Of a stretch of DNA of 64,000 bases, positions 42,576-52,442 are shown in pieces. This DNA is from an uncultured bacterium (GTDB taxonomy: Bacteria; Bacillota_I; Bacilli_A; RFN20; CAG-826). The translations under genes and the position numbers were made by a program. The DNA is taken from contig CASFTG010000002.1 of the NCBI GenBank assembly GCA_949297805.1, forward strand, positions 15,871-79,870, written 5' to 3'. Position 1 is the stretch's first letter, and every line of letters begins with the position of its first letter. The notes below the pieces were generated by a model that was not told the DNA's origin, did not search any database, and saw only the letters and a program-made list of their open reading frames with translations.

Positions 42576-43711
42576 AAGGCCTCCGAAACAATGAGGGCGC
42601 TTATTAAGCACCAGGAAAGGTTATAGCCGCCGCAGTCGCCATCGACGTCTAAACACTCGCCGATGAAATAAACGCCCTCTTCCTTCTTACTGACCAATTC
42701 CGAAGTCACGTCCGATAGGCTCACGCCCCCGATGGTAACTTGGGAGGAAGCGAAGGGATAAAAACTATCGAAATCAAAAGAAAGATTCTTCAAAGCCTTG
42801 CAAAACCCTCTTATGTTAGAAGGATTCTTCAGTTGATTACGGACGTAAATCCCTAACGGATATTCAACCAAGGTATAGAGATAAGCCCCGGGGATGGGGT
42901 TGCTGTAAGCCAGGGCAAATAAATCGTCTTCGGTGTGGCTTGGGAATAAGTCGAGAGTTATCCGGAATTGATCGCCGCCAGCTCGAACCAAATGGCTGGA
43001 GAGATTGAAGATGACGATGCCCGAGAGGCCGTCCTCTTTAAATAGCACTTCCCCCGCTTCCTCGAAAATAAGTTGGTTATGGTTATCGTAAACTTTGACT
43101 AAGGCCGCATGGCGGACCCCCTTTAGCCCTTTGGTCTTCTGTTTAGTCTTAATTGGGACAAGGCCAGGCTTCAATGATTCAATCGTATAGCCGTGCTTTT
43201 TCAAGACGGGGAACAACGAGCCATCGCTTCCGAGGTTGCTTTGGCTTTGCCCCCCAAAGGCGAAGATCAAACGATCGTAATGATGGCTGCCTTTATCGGT
43301 CTTGATGGTCTCCTTCCCATAGTCAATAACCTTCTCATTAACATAAGCCTTGATGCCAAGCTTATTAGCCAACTCAATCAAATAACGGCAGAAAGATCCG
43401 GCTGAATAGGAAAGGGGATAAACCAAATCCCCCTTTCGGAGCAAAGGGATGCCTAACTTAGTTAAATAATCAGTTAAACGTTGATATGGAAAGCGTTCCA
43501 AATAACTACCCACCCGCTTCGAATGGGAGTAGCGTTCAGCCTTTAAATCAGCATTAAGCAAATTGCAGTGCCCATTCCCGGTGGCGTAGATCTTCTTGAG
43601 CAACCGGTCATTCTTCTCGATGACATAAACGGCATAGTCTGGATGTTTCTTTTTGATCGCGATCGCGGCATAGAGTCCGCTGATGGAGCCACCGATGATG
43701 CCGACGTTCAT
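42572..43711 (-). CDS. HI0933/BaiN-family flavoprotein; start MNVGII
   Basis: IIGGSISGL, KIYATGNGHCN, GSDGS, GLSG, VTIGGV, GECLDVDGDCGGYNL. Confidence 0.9.
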   Translation of the reverse strand: MNVGIIGGSISGLYAAIAIKKKHPDYAVYVIEKNDRLLKKIYATGNGHCNLLNADLKAERYSHSKRVGSYLERFPYQRLTDYLTKLGIPLLRKGDLVYPLSYSAGSFCRYLIELANKLGIKAYVNEKVIDYGKETIKTDKGSHHYDRLIFAFGGQSQSNLGSDGSLFPVLKKHGYTIESLKPGLVPIKTKQKTKGLKGVRHAALVKVYDNHNQLIFEEAGEVLFKEDGLSGIVIFNLSSHLVRAGGDQFRITLDLFPSHTEDDLFALAYSNPIPGAYLYTLVEYPLGIYVRNQLKNPSNIRGFCKALKNLSFDFDSFYPFASSQVTIGGVSLSDVTSELVSKKEEGVYFIGECLDVDGDCGGYNLSWCLISALIVSEAL

Positions 43712-43812
43712 ACTTCCCTTACCTTTGCCGTAATAGATTACCACTGCTCCGCCACCCTTTTTAGCCCTATTCAAGTAAACTCGAACTGACTATACTTCCC
43801 TTCGGGAAAATC

Positions 43813-44304
43813 ATGATGGCCACCGTTAACGACATGCTCGCGGAAATCCGGGGCCATTACTCCAAAATGACCACCGAGCCCGACCGGGCTTTGACCTATC
43901 TAAAGCAGGTCTTGGCCCCGGAATTCATCTCTATCCAATCCGAATCACCTTACTTGGAAAAAGAAAAAGAGATAATCCTTAACCTGCCGGCCAATCGGAT
44001 GCTTATCGATTATCCGTCTTTATTCGCCTCAAAAACTTATACGAAAGACGATATCAATCTGCTTATCGAATTAGAGGACAGCATCCTTCGCCTAGTCGAT
44101 GCCTACCTCGGCATCAACCCCTATCGGAAGGAATTCGCCTCGGCTAAGTTCTTGCAGCACATCAAAGCCCGCCTGCTCGCCCCGATCCTTGAGGTCCAGC
44201 CGGAATGGATGGTGGCTTTTGGCTTAGCTAAAGATATCGAAGAAGCCAAAACAAAAGGCCAAGAGCATTACCCCTCAGCCTATTACGATTCATTAGAACG
44301 TTAA
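43813..44304 (+). CDS. Hypothetical protein
   Basis: 163-aa ORF with host-like codon usage; upstream TATACT. Confidence 0.65.
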   Translation: MMATVNDMLAEIRGHYSKMTTEPDRALTYLKQVLAPEFISIQSESPYLEKEKEIILNLPANRMLIDYPSLFASKTYTKDDINLLIELEDSILRLVDAYLGINPYRKEFASAKFLQHIKARLLAPILEVQPEWMVAFGLAKDIEEAKTKGQEHYPSAYYDSLER

Positions 44305-44672
44305 GAACGCTTTTCCAAGTCGGCAGTGATGGCTTGGAAGGTCTCCTCGCTTAAAACATGCTCAATTAAGCAGCAGTCATGTTCAGCCGTTTCCTCACTA
44401 ACGCCTAAAGACAATAAGTATTTTTTCAACACCCGGTGGCGATGCAAGACATTAGTCGCGACCGCCCTTCCTTTCTCGGTTAAGGCCATATCGCCATAAT
44501 CGATCCGGGTGATGAGCCCTTTATCGATCAATTCGTGGCCCATCTGATGAACCGCCGGTTTGCTGACGTGGAGGATAGCCGCCACCTTAGTTGTCTCTAA
44601 GGGGAGCTTTGCTTCTTCAAGCATCAGCAGGGCTTCTAAGAAGTCTTCTTGGGATTTGGTATAGGATTCCAT
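44301..44672 (-). CDS. DtxR/MntR-family metal-dependent transcriptional regulator
   Basis: EDFLEA, VSKPAV, LTEKG..A..V..RH..L, AEHDCCLIEH. Confidence 0.9.
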   Translation of the reverse strand: MESYTKSQEDFLEALLMLEEAKLPLETTKVAAILHVSKPAVHQMGHELIDKGLITRIDYGDMALTEKGRAVATNVLHRHRVLKKYLLSLGVSEETAEHDCCLIEHVLSEETFQAITADLEKRS

Positions 44673-44703
44673 AACTCAATTGTTAAGCAGGATTATTGGA
44701 AAT

Positions 44704-45954
44704 TCAAGCAATAGACACCATCGAGGCGAAATCGGTGAAGGTTAAGAGATAAATGACTTCCTTACCATCGAGGACGAAAATCAATTCCATTGAAGTTAGA
44801 TGCTCGCCATCAAAACCAAGGGTGGCGTCATTGACGGTGATGGCCTTCCCGGCTAGGCTAGCGGTGAATTTGTCCTTGCCGCTATACGCATTCCCATCCA
44901 AGGCAAAATGGTCGTCGCAACCCACTAAGGAAGGAATCATCTCATCAATGGCGTCGGCCAGGGTGAAACCATCTGCGGTCGGCTCGGTCAATTCTTGATA
45001 ATGCGTCCCATCGACGATGTGCGATGTTTTGATTCCCTCATTGAAGTCATAATAGATTTGGATAACTTTCTCCCCTTCGTCGATGTAATAGAAAAAGGTG
45101 TCGCCAACGACATACAAATCAATCTCTTGTTCCTTTTCCTCATCCAGCCAAGTGCAATGCGCCGTAAAATCCCCATATTCCGAGACATCGACTAATTTGT
45201 CGAAGGCCGATGGTTCGACTTGATAACTCGGCAAATCGACGACGGTTTGATCAAAATCATTAAGTAAGACTATAAAGGAGTAGATGCTTTCCTCGGTTTC
45301 GTAACGGCCCCACATCCCCGTCACCCGGCCATCCTCAATCCGGGTCAGGACTTCGGTGAAGGTCTGGCCAGCCAAGGGCTCAAGATGATTGATCGGCATT
45401 AACCCGCTGAAATAGTAACGCTTCTCGGAACCGTTATAGGTCATGTCATCATATCCCTGCTTGAGGGGAAGGAAGAAATCGGATAGGTAATATTCCGGAT
45501 TGATTGTTTCCTCAAGCGGAACCCGGATGTAAGCATCACCCTTTTCCTCATAACGATAGGAAACGCCCTCCGCGGTTTCGTAATAGGTTTTATCCTCACC
45601 CTTCTCGACCATCGTCGCCCCGTCGTCAAAATAGTAGGTGGCAGAATCCTCTAAGATCGCCCGTTCCTCCGGTCCAGGAAAACTCTTGGTGAACAAGACG
45701 TCGATCGTAACATTGGAATATTGGTTATAATCGAAGCAATGGTCCCAGTCCTCTTGGCTCATCGTTTCCGAAGCCGGCTTCTCTTCGATGGTCGAGCTTT
45801 CCGAAGAAGAAGTGCTGGACGAGGAAGAGCTATCGGTCGAAGTCGGCGTCGATTCAACTGATGGTTCCGATTGACTCGGGGAAGCCGAAGACGACTCGAC
45901 CCCCGAACAAGATAGAAGGCTTAGGCTTAGAACGAACAAGGCAAACTGTTTCAA
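44704..45954 (-). CDS. Lipoprotein with two related acidic domains; likely TTG start at 45954
   Basis: SD GGAGG, lipobox LLSC, Ser-rich linker, weak internal repeat (Y.N/DxT ... DF ends). Confidence 0.75.
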   Translation of the reverse strand: MKQFALFVLSLSLLSCSGVESSSASPSQSEPSVESTPTSTDSSSSSSTSSSESSTIEEKPASETMSQEDWDHCFDYNQYSNVTIDVLFTKSFPGPEERAILEDSATYYFDDGATMVEKGEDKTYYETAEGVSYRYEEKGDAYIRVPLEETINPEYYLSDFFLPLKQGYDDMTYNGSEKRYYFSGLMPINHLEPLAGQTFTEVLTRIEDGRVTGMWGRYETEESIYSFIVLLNDFDQTVVDLPSYQVEPSAFDKLVDVSEYGDFTAHCTWLDEEKEQEIDLYVVGDTFFYYIDEGEKVIQIYYDFNEGIKTSHIVDGTHYQELTEPTADGFTLADAIDEMIPSLVGCDDHFALDGNAYSGKDKFTASLAGKAITVNDATLGFDGEHLTSMELIFVLDGKEVIYLLTFTDFASMVSIA

Positions 45955-46016
45955 GGATATCTCCTCCAGGGGATTATATTGCTTTAGCAATAGGCAATGA
46001 ATAAAATGCGCGTGTT

Positions 46017-46505
46017 ATGAAAAAACTCATCTTCGTCTGCGGTCCCGCCGCCATCGGCAAATCGACCTTCTCGGCCAAATACGCTAGAGAACATCCTGAC
46101 GAGGAAGTAATCGTCATCGCCGCCGACGAAGTGCGGAAAGAGAAATACGGGGGCTATGACCAGTTCCCGCCCGGAATGAACATGATGGTCGTCTATGACG
46201 AGATGATCCGTCGGGCGGCCGAACTTCGTGACAACAAAGACTCGGTCACCATCATCTTCGACACCACGATGCTTTATGACGAAAGGCGGCTTTATTTCCG
46301 GCGCCACCTGCCCGGTTTCGACCGTTATTTATTGATCCTATTGAAACTCCACGACTATAAAGTCTGCCTCCAACGGAACCATCAACGGCCGAAGGAGAAA
46401 TGGGTCCCCGACAATGTCATCCTCGACATGGCCGCCCATTATGAAAATCCGAGTGAGGAATGCAAAAAGCATTTCGACTACGTCGGCGAGATCTACGTCG
46501 ATTAA
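46017..46505 (+). CDS. Small P-loop kinase (AAA_33-like), paralog of 21798
   Basis: GPAAIGKSTF, AADEVR, IFDTT, RN..R...KWVP. Confidence 0.82.
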   Translation: MKKLIFVCGPAAIGKSTFSAKYAREHPDEEVIVIAADEVRKEKYGGYDQFPPGMNMMVVYDEMIRRAAELRDNKDSVTIIFDTTMLYDERRLYFRRHLPGFDRYLLILLKLHDYKVCLQRNHQRPKEKWVPDNVILDMAAHYENPSEECKKHFDYVGEIYVD

Positions 46506-47038
46506 GCCTGCTTCTTATAAAGGATGAATTTCCTCGTCAAATAATTGAAAACGGTGTTGAAGCCAGTCTTTAAGACGAAGACGATGGTATAAGCCACGAA
46601 AATATTAATGTCCGAACTAAATAGACTGGAGAAATCGATGGCGAGGATATTGATGTTTAACCCTGACCACTGCAAACAGGTCATATAGCCTAAGAATTGG
46701 ATGATCGAGGCCCCTAACAAGCCTAAGAAAGCCCAGAAGGTGAACTTCAACGCACCTTTTAGTGATTTGTTCTCGGCCTCGTTTTGATAATCCCGGAAAG
46801 CCCAAACCGAAGAAAGGCTCCAGGTCGCGGGAGTGGATACCACAAAGCCGATAATTGAGATAAAGAACTGGACGAAGAAGGCGACGATGATGCCGGCACC
46901 GGCGATCCAGGAAGAAAATATCGAGGTGCACCAAACCTCGACGACATAATCGATCAAAGTCCCATAGACGCCGACGACTAAGAAGCGGATCAGTTCAGTC
47001 CAAAACCCCTTATCCTTAAGGAAAGACAACTTAGCCAT
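46502..47038 (-). CDS. GtrA-family membrane protein
   Basis: ELIRFLVVG..GTLID, WAF, FNYLTRKFILYK. Confidence 0.8.
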   Translation of the reverse strand: MAKLSFLKDKGFWTELIRFLVVGVYGTLIDYVVEVWCTSIFSSWIAGAGIIVAFFVQFFISIIGFVVSTPATWSLSSVWAFRDYQNEAENKSLKGALKFTFWAFLGLLGASIIQFLGYMTCLQWSGLNINILAIDFSSLFSSDINIFVAYTIVFVLKTGFNTVFNYLTRKFILYKKQA

Positions 47039-47040
47039 AA

Positions 47041-47280
47041 TTACTTAACGTTCTTAGTCCCGGCTTTCTTCTGCTTTTGGATCTTGCCAGCCTTCGCCCC
47101 TTTGGAAGCGTGCACTAGGACGATGCCGCCTTGATTGCCGGCGACCGCGTCCCCATAGGCGATGGCTTCTTCTTTGGTCTTGAACAGTTTGATGACCTTC
47201 TCCCCACCGGCGAACTTGATGGTCCATTTGCCATCCTCTTTCCGTTTGGAGATGTGGTATACCTTAGTGGATTCCGCCAT
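47041..47280 (-). CDS. DUF2188-like small protein
   Basis: YHIS...DGKW.IK..G.EK..K.F.TK.EAI..G....VH...GKIQ. Confidence 0.75.
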   Translation of the reverse strand: MAESTKVYHISKRKEDGKWTIKFAGGEKVIKLFKTKEEAIAYGDAVAGNQGGIVLVHASKGAKAGKIQKQKKAGTKNVK

Positions 47281-47296
47281 TGTTTTCCCTCCGAGC

Positions 47297-49408
47297 TTAT
47301 TCTAACCCATCGATGGTTTTTTCCATCAGCGAAACATCGGCGTCCGATGGCATCCGCCAATCGCCCCGAGGGGAGATGGCGACCGAGCCGACCTTCGGCC
47401 CATCGGGCAGGCAGTTCCGCTTGAACTGGTTATGGTAGAAACGGACGATGAATTTCTTCAGCCAATGCTTGATGGTCTTTTTGTCGTAAACCCCTTCATA
47501 AGCCTGCTTAGCAATGAAATAGAGCTTCGGCATCCGATAACGGAAGCGAAGGAAATGGTAAATGAAGAAATCGTTAAGTTCATATGGCCCAACGGTATCC
47601 TCGGTCTTCTGGGCGATGACCCCGTCCTTGGTCGGGAGGAGTTCAGGTGAGATTGGGGTATCGATAATATCCAATAACGAGGAGGCAGCCTCGGGATGCA
47701 TCTTGGCATATCCTAAGCAAAGATAACGGACCAAGGTCTTGGGGATCGAGGCATTGACCCCGTACATCGACATATGGTCGCCCCCATAAGTGCACCAGCC
47801 TAAGCAAAGTTCTGATAAGTCCCCCGTCCCGATCATCAGCGACCCTTCGTCATTGGCGATATCCATCAACACCTGGGTTCTTTCCCGGGCCTGGGCGTTT
47901 TCGTAGGCCACGTTATGGTTATTCTCGTCATGGCCGATATCTTTTAAGTGGGAACGAAGGGTGTCCTTGATGGATATTTCGCGGAAGGAAACCCCTAGTT
48001 CCTTAGCCAGGTTCATCGCATTGTCATGGGTCCTTTGGCTGGTCCCGAAGGCCGGAAGGGTAATCGCGGTCACGTTCGTCAAAGGGAGGTTGAGTTTCTT
48101 AAACGCCTCGACCGCGACTAGTAAAGCTAAGGTCGAATCGAGGCCGCCGCTTAAACCGACGATAGCTTTTTGGCAGTGGATCGCCTGCAGCCGATTAGCT
48201 AAACCCGCCACCTGCATCGACAGCACTTCCTTCACCCGGTCGATATCGACTTCCTTCTCTTCCGGGATAAACGGGTTCCGGGCGTAATGCCGGAGAGTTT
48301 TCTTTGGAGTCTCCAACTTTAAAGAGAAATAGACTTTAGCGAATTTCTTATTGTCGCCGAGGCTATTCATCTTCCGCCGCTCAGCCAGGAGTTTCTCAAT
48401 GTCGATATCGGCGGTCGCGTCTTCAAAAGCGAAGAGTTTGCTCTCATTTAAGATCGCCCCGTTCTCGGCGATGATGTTATGGGCGGAATAGACGCAGTCG
48501 GTGGTCGATTCCCCTTGCCCGGCATCGGAATAGACGTAGGCGCTCATTAACTTGGCGGAGGTCATCCGGACCAAATCCGACCGATAGGACGCCTTCCCGA
48601 CCGTCTCGTTGGAAGCCGAGAGATTTAAGATCAAAGTGGCGCCGGCTAAAGACAAATCGATCGAAGGGGAGGAAGGAACCCAGAGGTCCTCACAGATCTC
48701 GATCCCGATCTGGAGTTCCGGATAACGGGAATCGAGGAAAGTGACCCGGTTACCGAATAACACCCCTTCGCCCCCAAGATAAACCATCTCGTTCGGGCCA
48801 TCATAACCATGGAAATAACGCTTCTCATAAAATTCCTGGTAATTGGGGATGGCTCTCTTGGGGACTAGTCCCAGGATATGACCATGGCAAATAAAAGCCG
48901 CGACGTTATAAAGCCGGTGCCCATATTGAAAAGGCAAACCGACGGCGAAAGCCACATCGATCGTCGAGGAGAATTGCTTTAAGTCCAATAAGCCGCTTAG
49001 GCAAGCAGAAAGCAAAGTATCATCTAAAAAGAGGTCACCGCAGGTATAGCCAGAAAGGCCAAGCTCATGAAAGCAGGCGACCTTGACCCCGTCCGTTTGA
49101 CATTGAAGCAAGGATTTCTTTATTTCGTTTACATTGGACTCGACGTTCGAAAGGTGAATCGGGATGGCGCAGGACCGGACCCGAACGAACCCCAAAGGAT
49201 CGTCGTGATACATCGGATCGACCTGGCCGATTTCGGCATGGTCGAGATTATCGTTTCCCTTCCCCGAAAGCTGTTCATAGAGGTCCTCGCTCATGATGAC
49301 CATCGATTCCTGGCCGTTTTTGCTGATATGGATTGGTGAGGGGGAATCGCTGACTAAACCCTCAAGGCTATTGGTATCGCGGAGGGCGGTAATCGGTAAT
49401 ATTTTCAT
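47297..49408 (-). CDS. nadE: Glutamine-dependent NAD+ synthetase with N-terminal Phd/YefM-like domain; start MKILP
   Basis: Nitrilase domain (FHELGLSGY, PNY.EFYEKR, EICEDLW) plus synthetase (GLSGGLDS, ENAQARER, GTGDLSE, SPEL, QFKR...DGP, SPRGDWRMPSD). Confidence 0.95.
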   Translation of the reverse strand: MKILPITALRDTNSLEGLVSDSPSPIHISKNGQESMVIMSEDLYEQLSGKGNDNLDHAEIGQVDPMYHDDPLGFVRVRSCAIPIHLSNVESNVNEIKKSLLQCQTDGVKVACFHELGLSGYTCGDLFLDDTLLSACLSGLLDLKQFSSTIDVAFAVGLPFQYGHRLYNVAAFICHGHILGLVPKRAIPNYQEFYEKRYFHGYDGPNEMVYLGGEGVLFGNRVTFLDSRYPELQIGIEICEDLWVPSSPSIDLSLAGATLILNLSASNETVGKASYRSDLVRMTSAKLMSAYVYSDAGQGESTTDCVYSAHNIIAENGAILNESKLFAFEDATADIDIEKLLAERRKMNSLGDNKKFAKVYFSLKLETPKKTLRHYARNPFIPEEKEVDIDRVKEVLSMQVAGLANRLQAIHCQKAIVGLSGGLDSTLALLVAVEAFKKLNLPLTNVTAITLPAFGTSQRTHDNAMNLAKELGVSFREISIKDTLRSHLKDIGHDENNHNVAYENAQARERTQVLMDIANDEGSLMIGTGDLSELCLGWCTYGGDHMSMYGVNASIPKTLVRYLCLGYAKMHPEAASSLLDIIDTPISPELLPTKDGVIAQKTEDTVGPYELNDFFIYHFLRFRYRMPKLYFIAKQAYEGVYDKKTIKHWLKKFIVRFYHNQFKRNCLPDGPKVGSVAISPRGDWRMPSDADVSLMEKTIDGLE

Positions 49409-49486
49409 AACGACAAAATAATAGCACTTTAATGTCAGGACGCCTAACTGTTGCCTCTTATTCGGCAAAAAGAGAATAATGACCGC

Positions 49487-50374
49487 ATGCGCCAAGGATA
49501 CGCCATCGTCAACCAGTATCGCCTCTATTCCGGGGTGAAGAACTTCTATTCCCGCCTAAAGGAAGAATTGGCCAAACTCGATATCAAATTACTTCTTTGC
49601 CGAACCGGGGAAGCCGGATTGGCTATTCAAGATAACGGAAAGGTAACCAGCCAATTAGGGCCGGCTGATTTCATCGTCTTCTTAGATAAAGACCGTTATG
49701 CCGCCTATGGGCTAGAGAAGATGGGGTATCGTCTCTTCAACTCCGCCCGATCGATCGAACTTTGCGATGACAAGATGGCGACCTACCTTGCCTTGGTTAA
49801 TCAAGGGATCCCGATGCCTTATACCGTGACCCCACCGCTAGATTACGTCGAGCAGGAAAACGATGAAGATTATCTATCCGCCATCGCTAATCAACTAGGC
49901 TATCCTTTGATTGCCAAACTCAATTATGGTTCCCTCGGGAATAACGTGTTTTTATTGCAAAACCTAACTGAACTAAAAGAATTCGATAAACAACATCTCC
50001 GCTTGCCCCGCCTTTACCAGCGGTTCATCGTTAGCTCGGCCGGGATGGATTATCGGCTCATTTACGTCGGGGGTGAATTCGTCGCCGGCATGAAACGAGT
50101 TAACCCCTTTGACTTCCGAAGCAACGTCGCCCAAGGAGGACACGGAGAGAAAGTCGATATCCTCGATTCTTATATCAAACTCGGAAAACGGTGCGTCGAC
50201 CTCCTCGGCCTTGATTACGCCGGGGTCGATATACTTATTGGTCAACAGGGCGAACCGATCGTCTGCGAGGTGAATTCCAATGCCTTCATCGAAGGGATTG
50301 AGAAGACCACCGGGATCAACGTCGCCAAAGAGTATGCCCTTTATATCAAGAAGACCATCTATGGACATCGATGA
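49487..50374 (+). CDS. RimK-family ATP-grasp ligase; start MRQGY
   Basis: IELCDDK, YPLIAK..GSLG..V, DFRSNVAQGG, GVDIL, VCEVNSN. Confidence 0.88.
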   Translation: MRQGYAIVNQYRLYSGVKNFYSRLKEELAKLDIKLLLCRTGEAGLAIQDNGKVTSQLGPADFIVFLDKDRYAAYGLEKMGYRLFNSARSIELCDDKMATYLALVNQGIPMPYTVTPPLDYVEQENDEDYLSAIANQLGYPLIAKLNYGSLGNNVFLLQNLTELKEFDKQHLRLPRLYQRFIVSSAGMDYRLIYVGGEFVAGMKRVNPFDFRSNVAQGGHGEKVDILDSYIKLGKRCVDLLGLDYAGVDILIGQQGEPIVCEVNSNAFIEGIEKTTGINVAKEYALYIKKTIYGHR

Positions 50375-51290
50375 GAAAGTAAGAATCAAGATCAACGGAA
50401 TCAAACAAGCCGGTCACCTCTTAGGGAAGAAAGGACAGAGCGCCCTCCTCTTCGTCCATGGGGGTCCGGGCAATCCGAATCGGCATAAAATCGTCGATAA
50501 ACTTAGCCATTTAGCTAAGTATTTCCTGCTCTGCGCCTATGACCAACGGGGGACCGGGGGATCGTATCATCCTTTGATGAAGGATTCGGCTTTTTCCGTC
50601 GATTGCTTCGTCGGCGATATCCGGGGTTGGGCGGAATACCTCAAATCCCATTATCAGGTTCAGAACGTCATCCTGATCGGCGAATCCTGGGGCTCTTATA
50701 TTGGAAGTTTAGCGGTTCGGAAATACCCTTCCCTTTTCTATGCTTACGTCGGCTATGGCCAATTGGTCAACATGACGAAGACAGCCATGACCCAATACGC
50801 CTTATTGAAGAAAAAGCTCCAAGGGGAGAAGTTAAAGGATCTCGAAACCATCGCCCCGCCGAAAGAAGGGAAGTTCGCCTCCGACGAAGACGCCTCGTTA
50901 TTCTATTCGCTTCTTTATCCTGCCTTCGAACCCGAGGATTATCCAAGTTATAAACAACGGGAAATCATCCCTTTCTTTAAATCGAAGGAATACACCATCC
51001 GCGATAAACTCGGCTGGAAGTATGGGGTCAAGCGAACCAATAAAGCATTAGGTGAAGAAACCGGATGGCGTTTAGACGACGATCCCCGATTCGGAATCCC
51101 CTATTACGTCTTCCAAGGGGTCAATGACTTCATCTGCCCTTATGACCTAGCCAAGAATTTCTTAGAAAACCAAGTAAAAGCCCCGAAGAAGGGATTCTTT
51201 TCCTTTGAACATTCAGGCCATCTTCCGGCCTTTGAGGAGCCGGAGCTCTTTATCCAGCGTGTATTGGAACTATTCAACGATCTTCTGTAA
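50361..51290 (+). CDS. Alpha/beta hydrolase (proline iminopeptidase-like); start MDIDEK
   Basis: HGGPG, YDQRGTG, GESWG, QG.ND, SGHLP. Confidence 0.88.
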   Translation: MDIDEKVRIKINGIKQAGHLLGKKGQSALLFVHGGPGNPNRHKIVDKLSHLAKYFLLCAYDQRGTGGSYHPLMKDSAFSVDCFVGDIRGWAEYLKSHYQVQNVILIGESWGSYIGSLAVRKYPSLFYAYVGYGQLVNMTKTAMTQYALLKKKLQGEKLKDLETIAPPKEGKFASDEDASLFYSLLYPAFEPEDYPSYKQREIIPFFKSKEYTIRDKLGWKYGVKRTNKALGEETGWRLDDDPRFGIPYYVFQGVNDFICPYDLAKNFLENQVKAPKKGFFSFEHSGHLPAFEEPELFIQRVLELFNDLL

Positions 51291-52364
51291 GGAATCGCCG
51301 GCTTCGAAGTAGGAAGCAGTCGAGACGATATGACGATCGCTATCGTGGCTAAGGACCCGCATCGCGTCAGCCGGCGACATCCAATAGGCGTCTTGGACCT
51401 CGTTTAACTGGAGTTTGAACTTCTCCTCCTCGGTTTGGGCGACGAAGAAGACCACTTCCTTGATCACCCCATCAAAAGGAGAGTAGACGATCGACTGACG
51501 GAACCCGGACATAATGGAGGCGTTGATTCCTAACTCTTCCTTTATCTCCCTTAAAGCCGTCATCTCTTCCGAGGTGTCAGTCGGCTCAACATGGCCTTTG
51601 GGGATTGAATAATGGCCAACGGCCATATGCTCAACGCAGACTTTGCCTTTATGGAACAAGACTGCCCCGCAGCTCTTTTCCTGTTTGCCTAACAAAGAGG
51701 AAAGGCCTTTGATCTCATCCTCGCTTAAGCCAATGGCCTCAAAGTAGCCATCTAAGGTCTCGTAACGGTTAAAGAACATCTCTAGGAACCGGTCGAGGTA
51801 AAACTCATCGGGGACGATGATGAAAGGCGGGATTGAAGTCAAACCTTCCTTAACCCGCTTCTCCATATCGTGAAGGTAGGCAAAAGAAGCCAAATAATCG
51901 GCGTTGATATCATCGATGTCAACCCCGTTGGCCAATAGAAGCAATAAGGCGAAGACCCCGGTCCGATCCTTCCCGGCGTTGCAATGGATAACGGTCGGCT
52001 TGGGGGCGTTTAGGATAGCTTGGAATATCTTCCTTGCCGAATATGGTTCCTCCACCATCTCCATATAGGATAAGACCTGATCGTCTTGATCGATCGGGAT
52101 CCGGCCGGCCCCGTTGACCGGCAAGGAAATCAATTTAGCCCCCAGTAAGGCCAACTCTGGTTTATCGGTTTTCGCGGGCTCGTCGCGTAAATCGATGATG
52201 GAGGCCAAGTGGAGCGATTCGAGTTTCTTGATATCGTCCTCGTCAGCGTCCGATAACCGACACGAGCGGTAGACCACATTATAGGAAGTGGTCCCATAAC
52301 GGCATTCATAGCCACCTAAATCACGGAAGTTAAGAATCCGGTGAAACTTAATACGTCTTTTCAT
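51270..52364 (-). CDS. Tyrosine/lipid phosphatase (MptpB/LipA-like) fused to a Nudix hydrolase
   Basis: NFRDLGGY, IIDLR, HCNAGKDRTG; then EKSCGAV, PKGHVE...TALREIKEELG Nudix box. Confidence 0.9.
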   Translation of the reverse strand: MKRRIKFHRILNFRDLGGYECRYGTTSYNVVYRSCRLSDADEDDIKKLESLHLASIIDLRDEPAKTDKPELALLGAKLISLPVNGAGRIPIDQDDQVLSYMEMVEEPYSARKIFQAILNAPKPTVIHCNAGKDRTGVFALLLLLANGVDIDDINADYLASFAYLHDMEKRVKEGLTSIPPFIIVPDEFYLDRFLEMFFNRYETLDGYFEAIGLSEDEIKGLSSLLGKQEKSCGAVLFHKGKVCVEHMAVGHYSIPKGHVEPTDTSEEMTALREIKEELGINASIMSGFRQSIVYSPFDGVIKEVVFFVAQTEEEKFKLQLNEVQDAYWMSPADAMRVLSHDSDRHIVSTASYFEAGDSLQKIVE

Positions 52365-52391
52365 AACCGGGGCATTGTACTCTAGTTGCCC

Positions 52392-52423
52392 AAATAAAGA
52401 AAACGCCCCCGGAAGGAGGCGTC
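52392..52423 (-). terminator. Intrinsic terminator of mscL
   Basis: GACGCCTCC-TTCC-GGGGGCGTT-TTCTTTATTT. Confidence 0.8.
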
Positions 52424-52442
52424 ATCTTCGTCAGTAGGCTGT

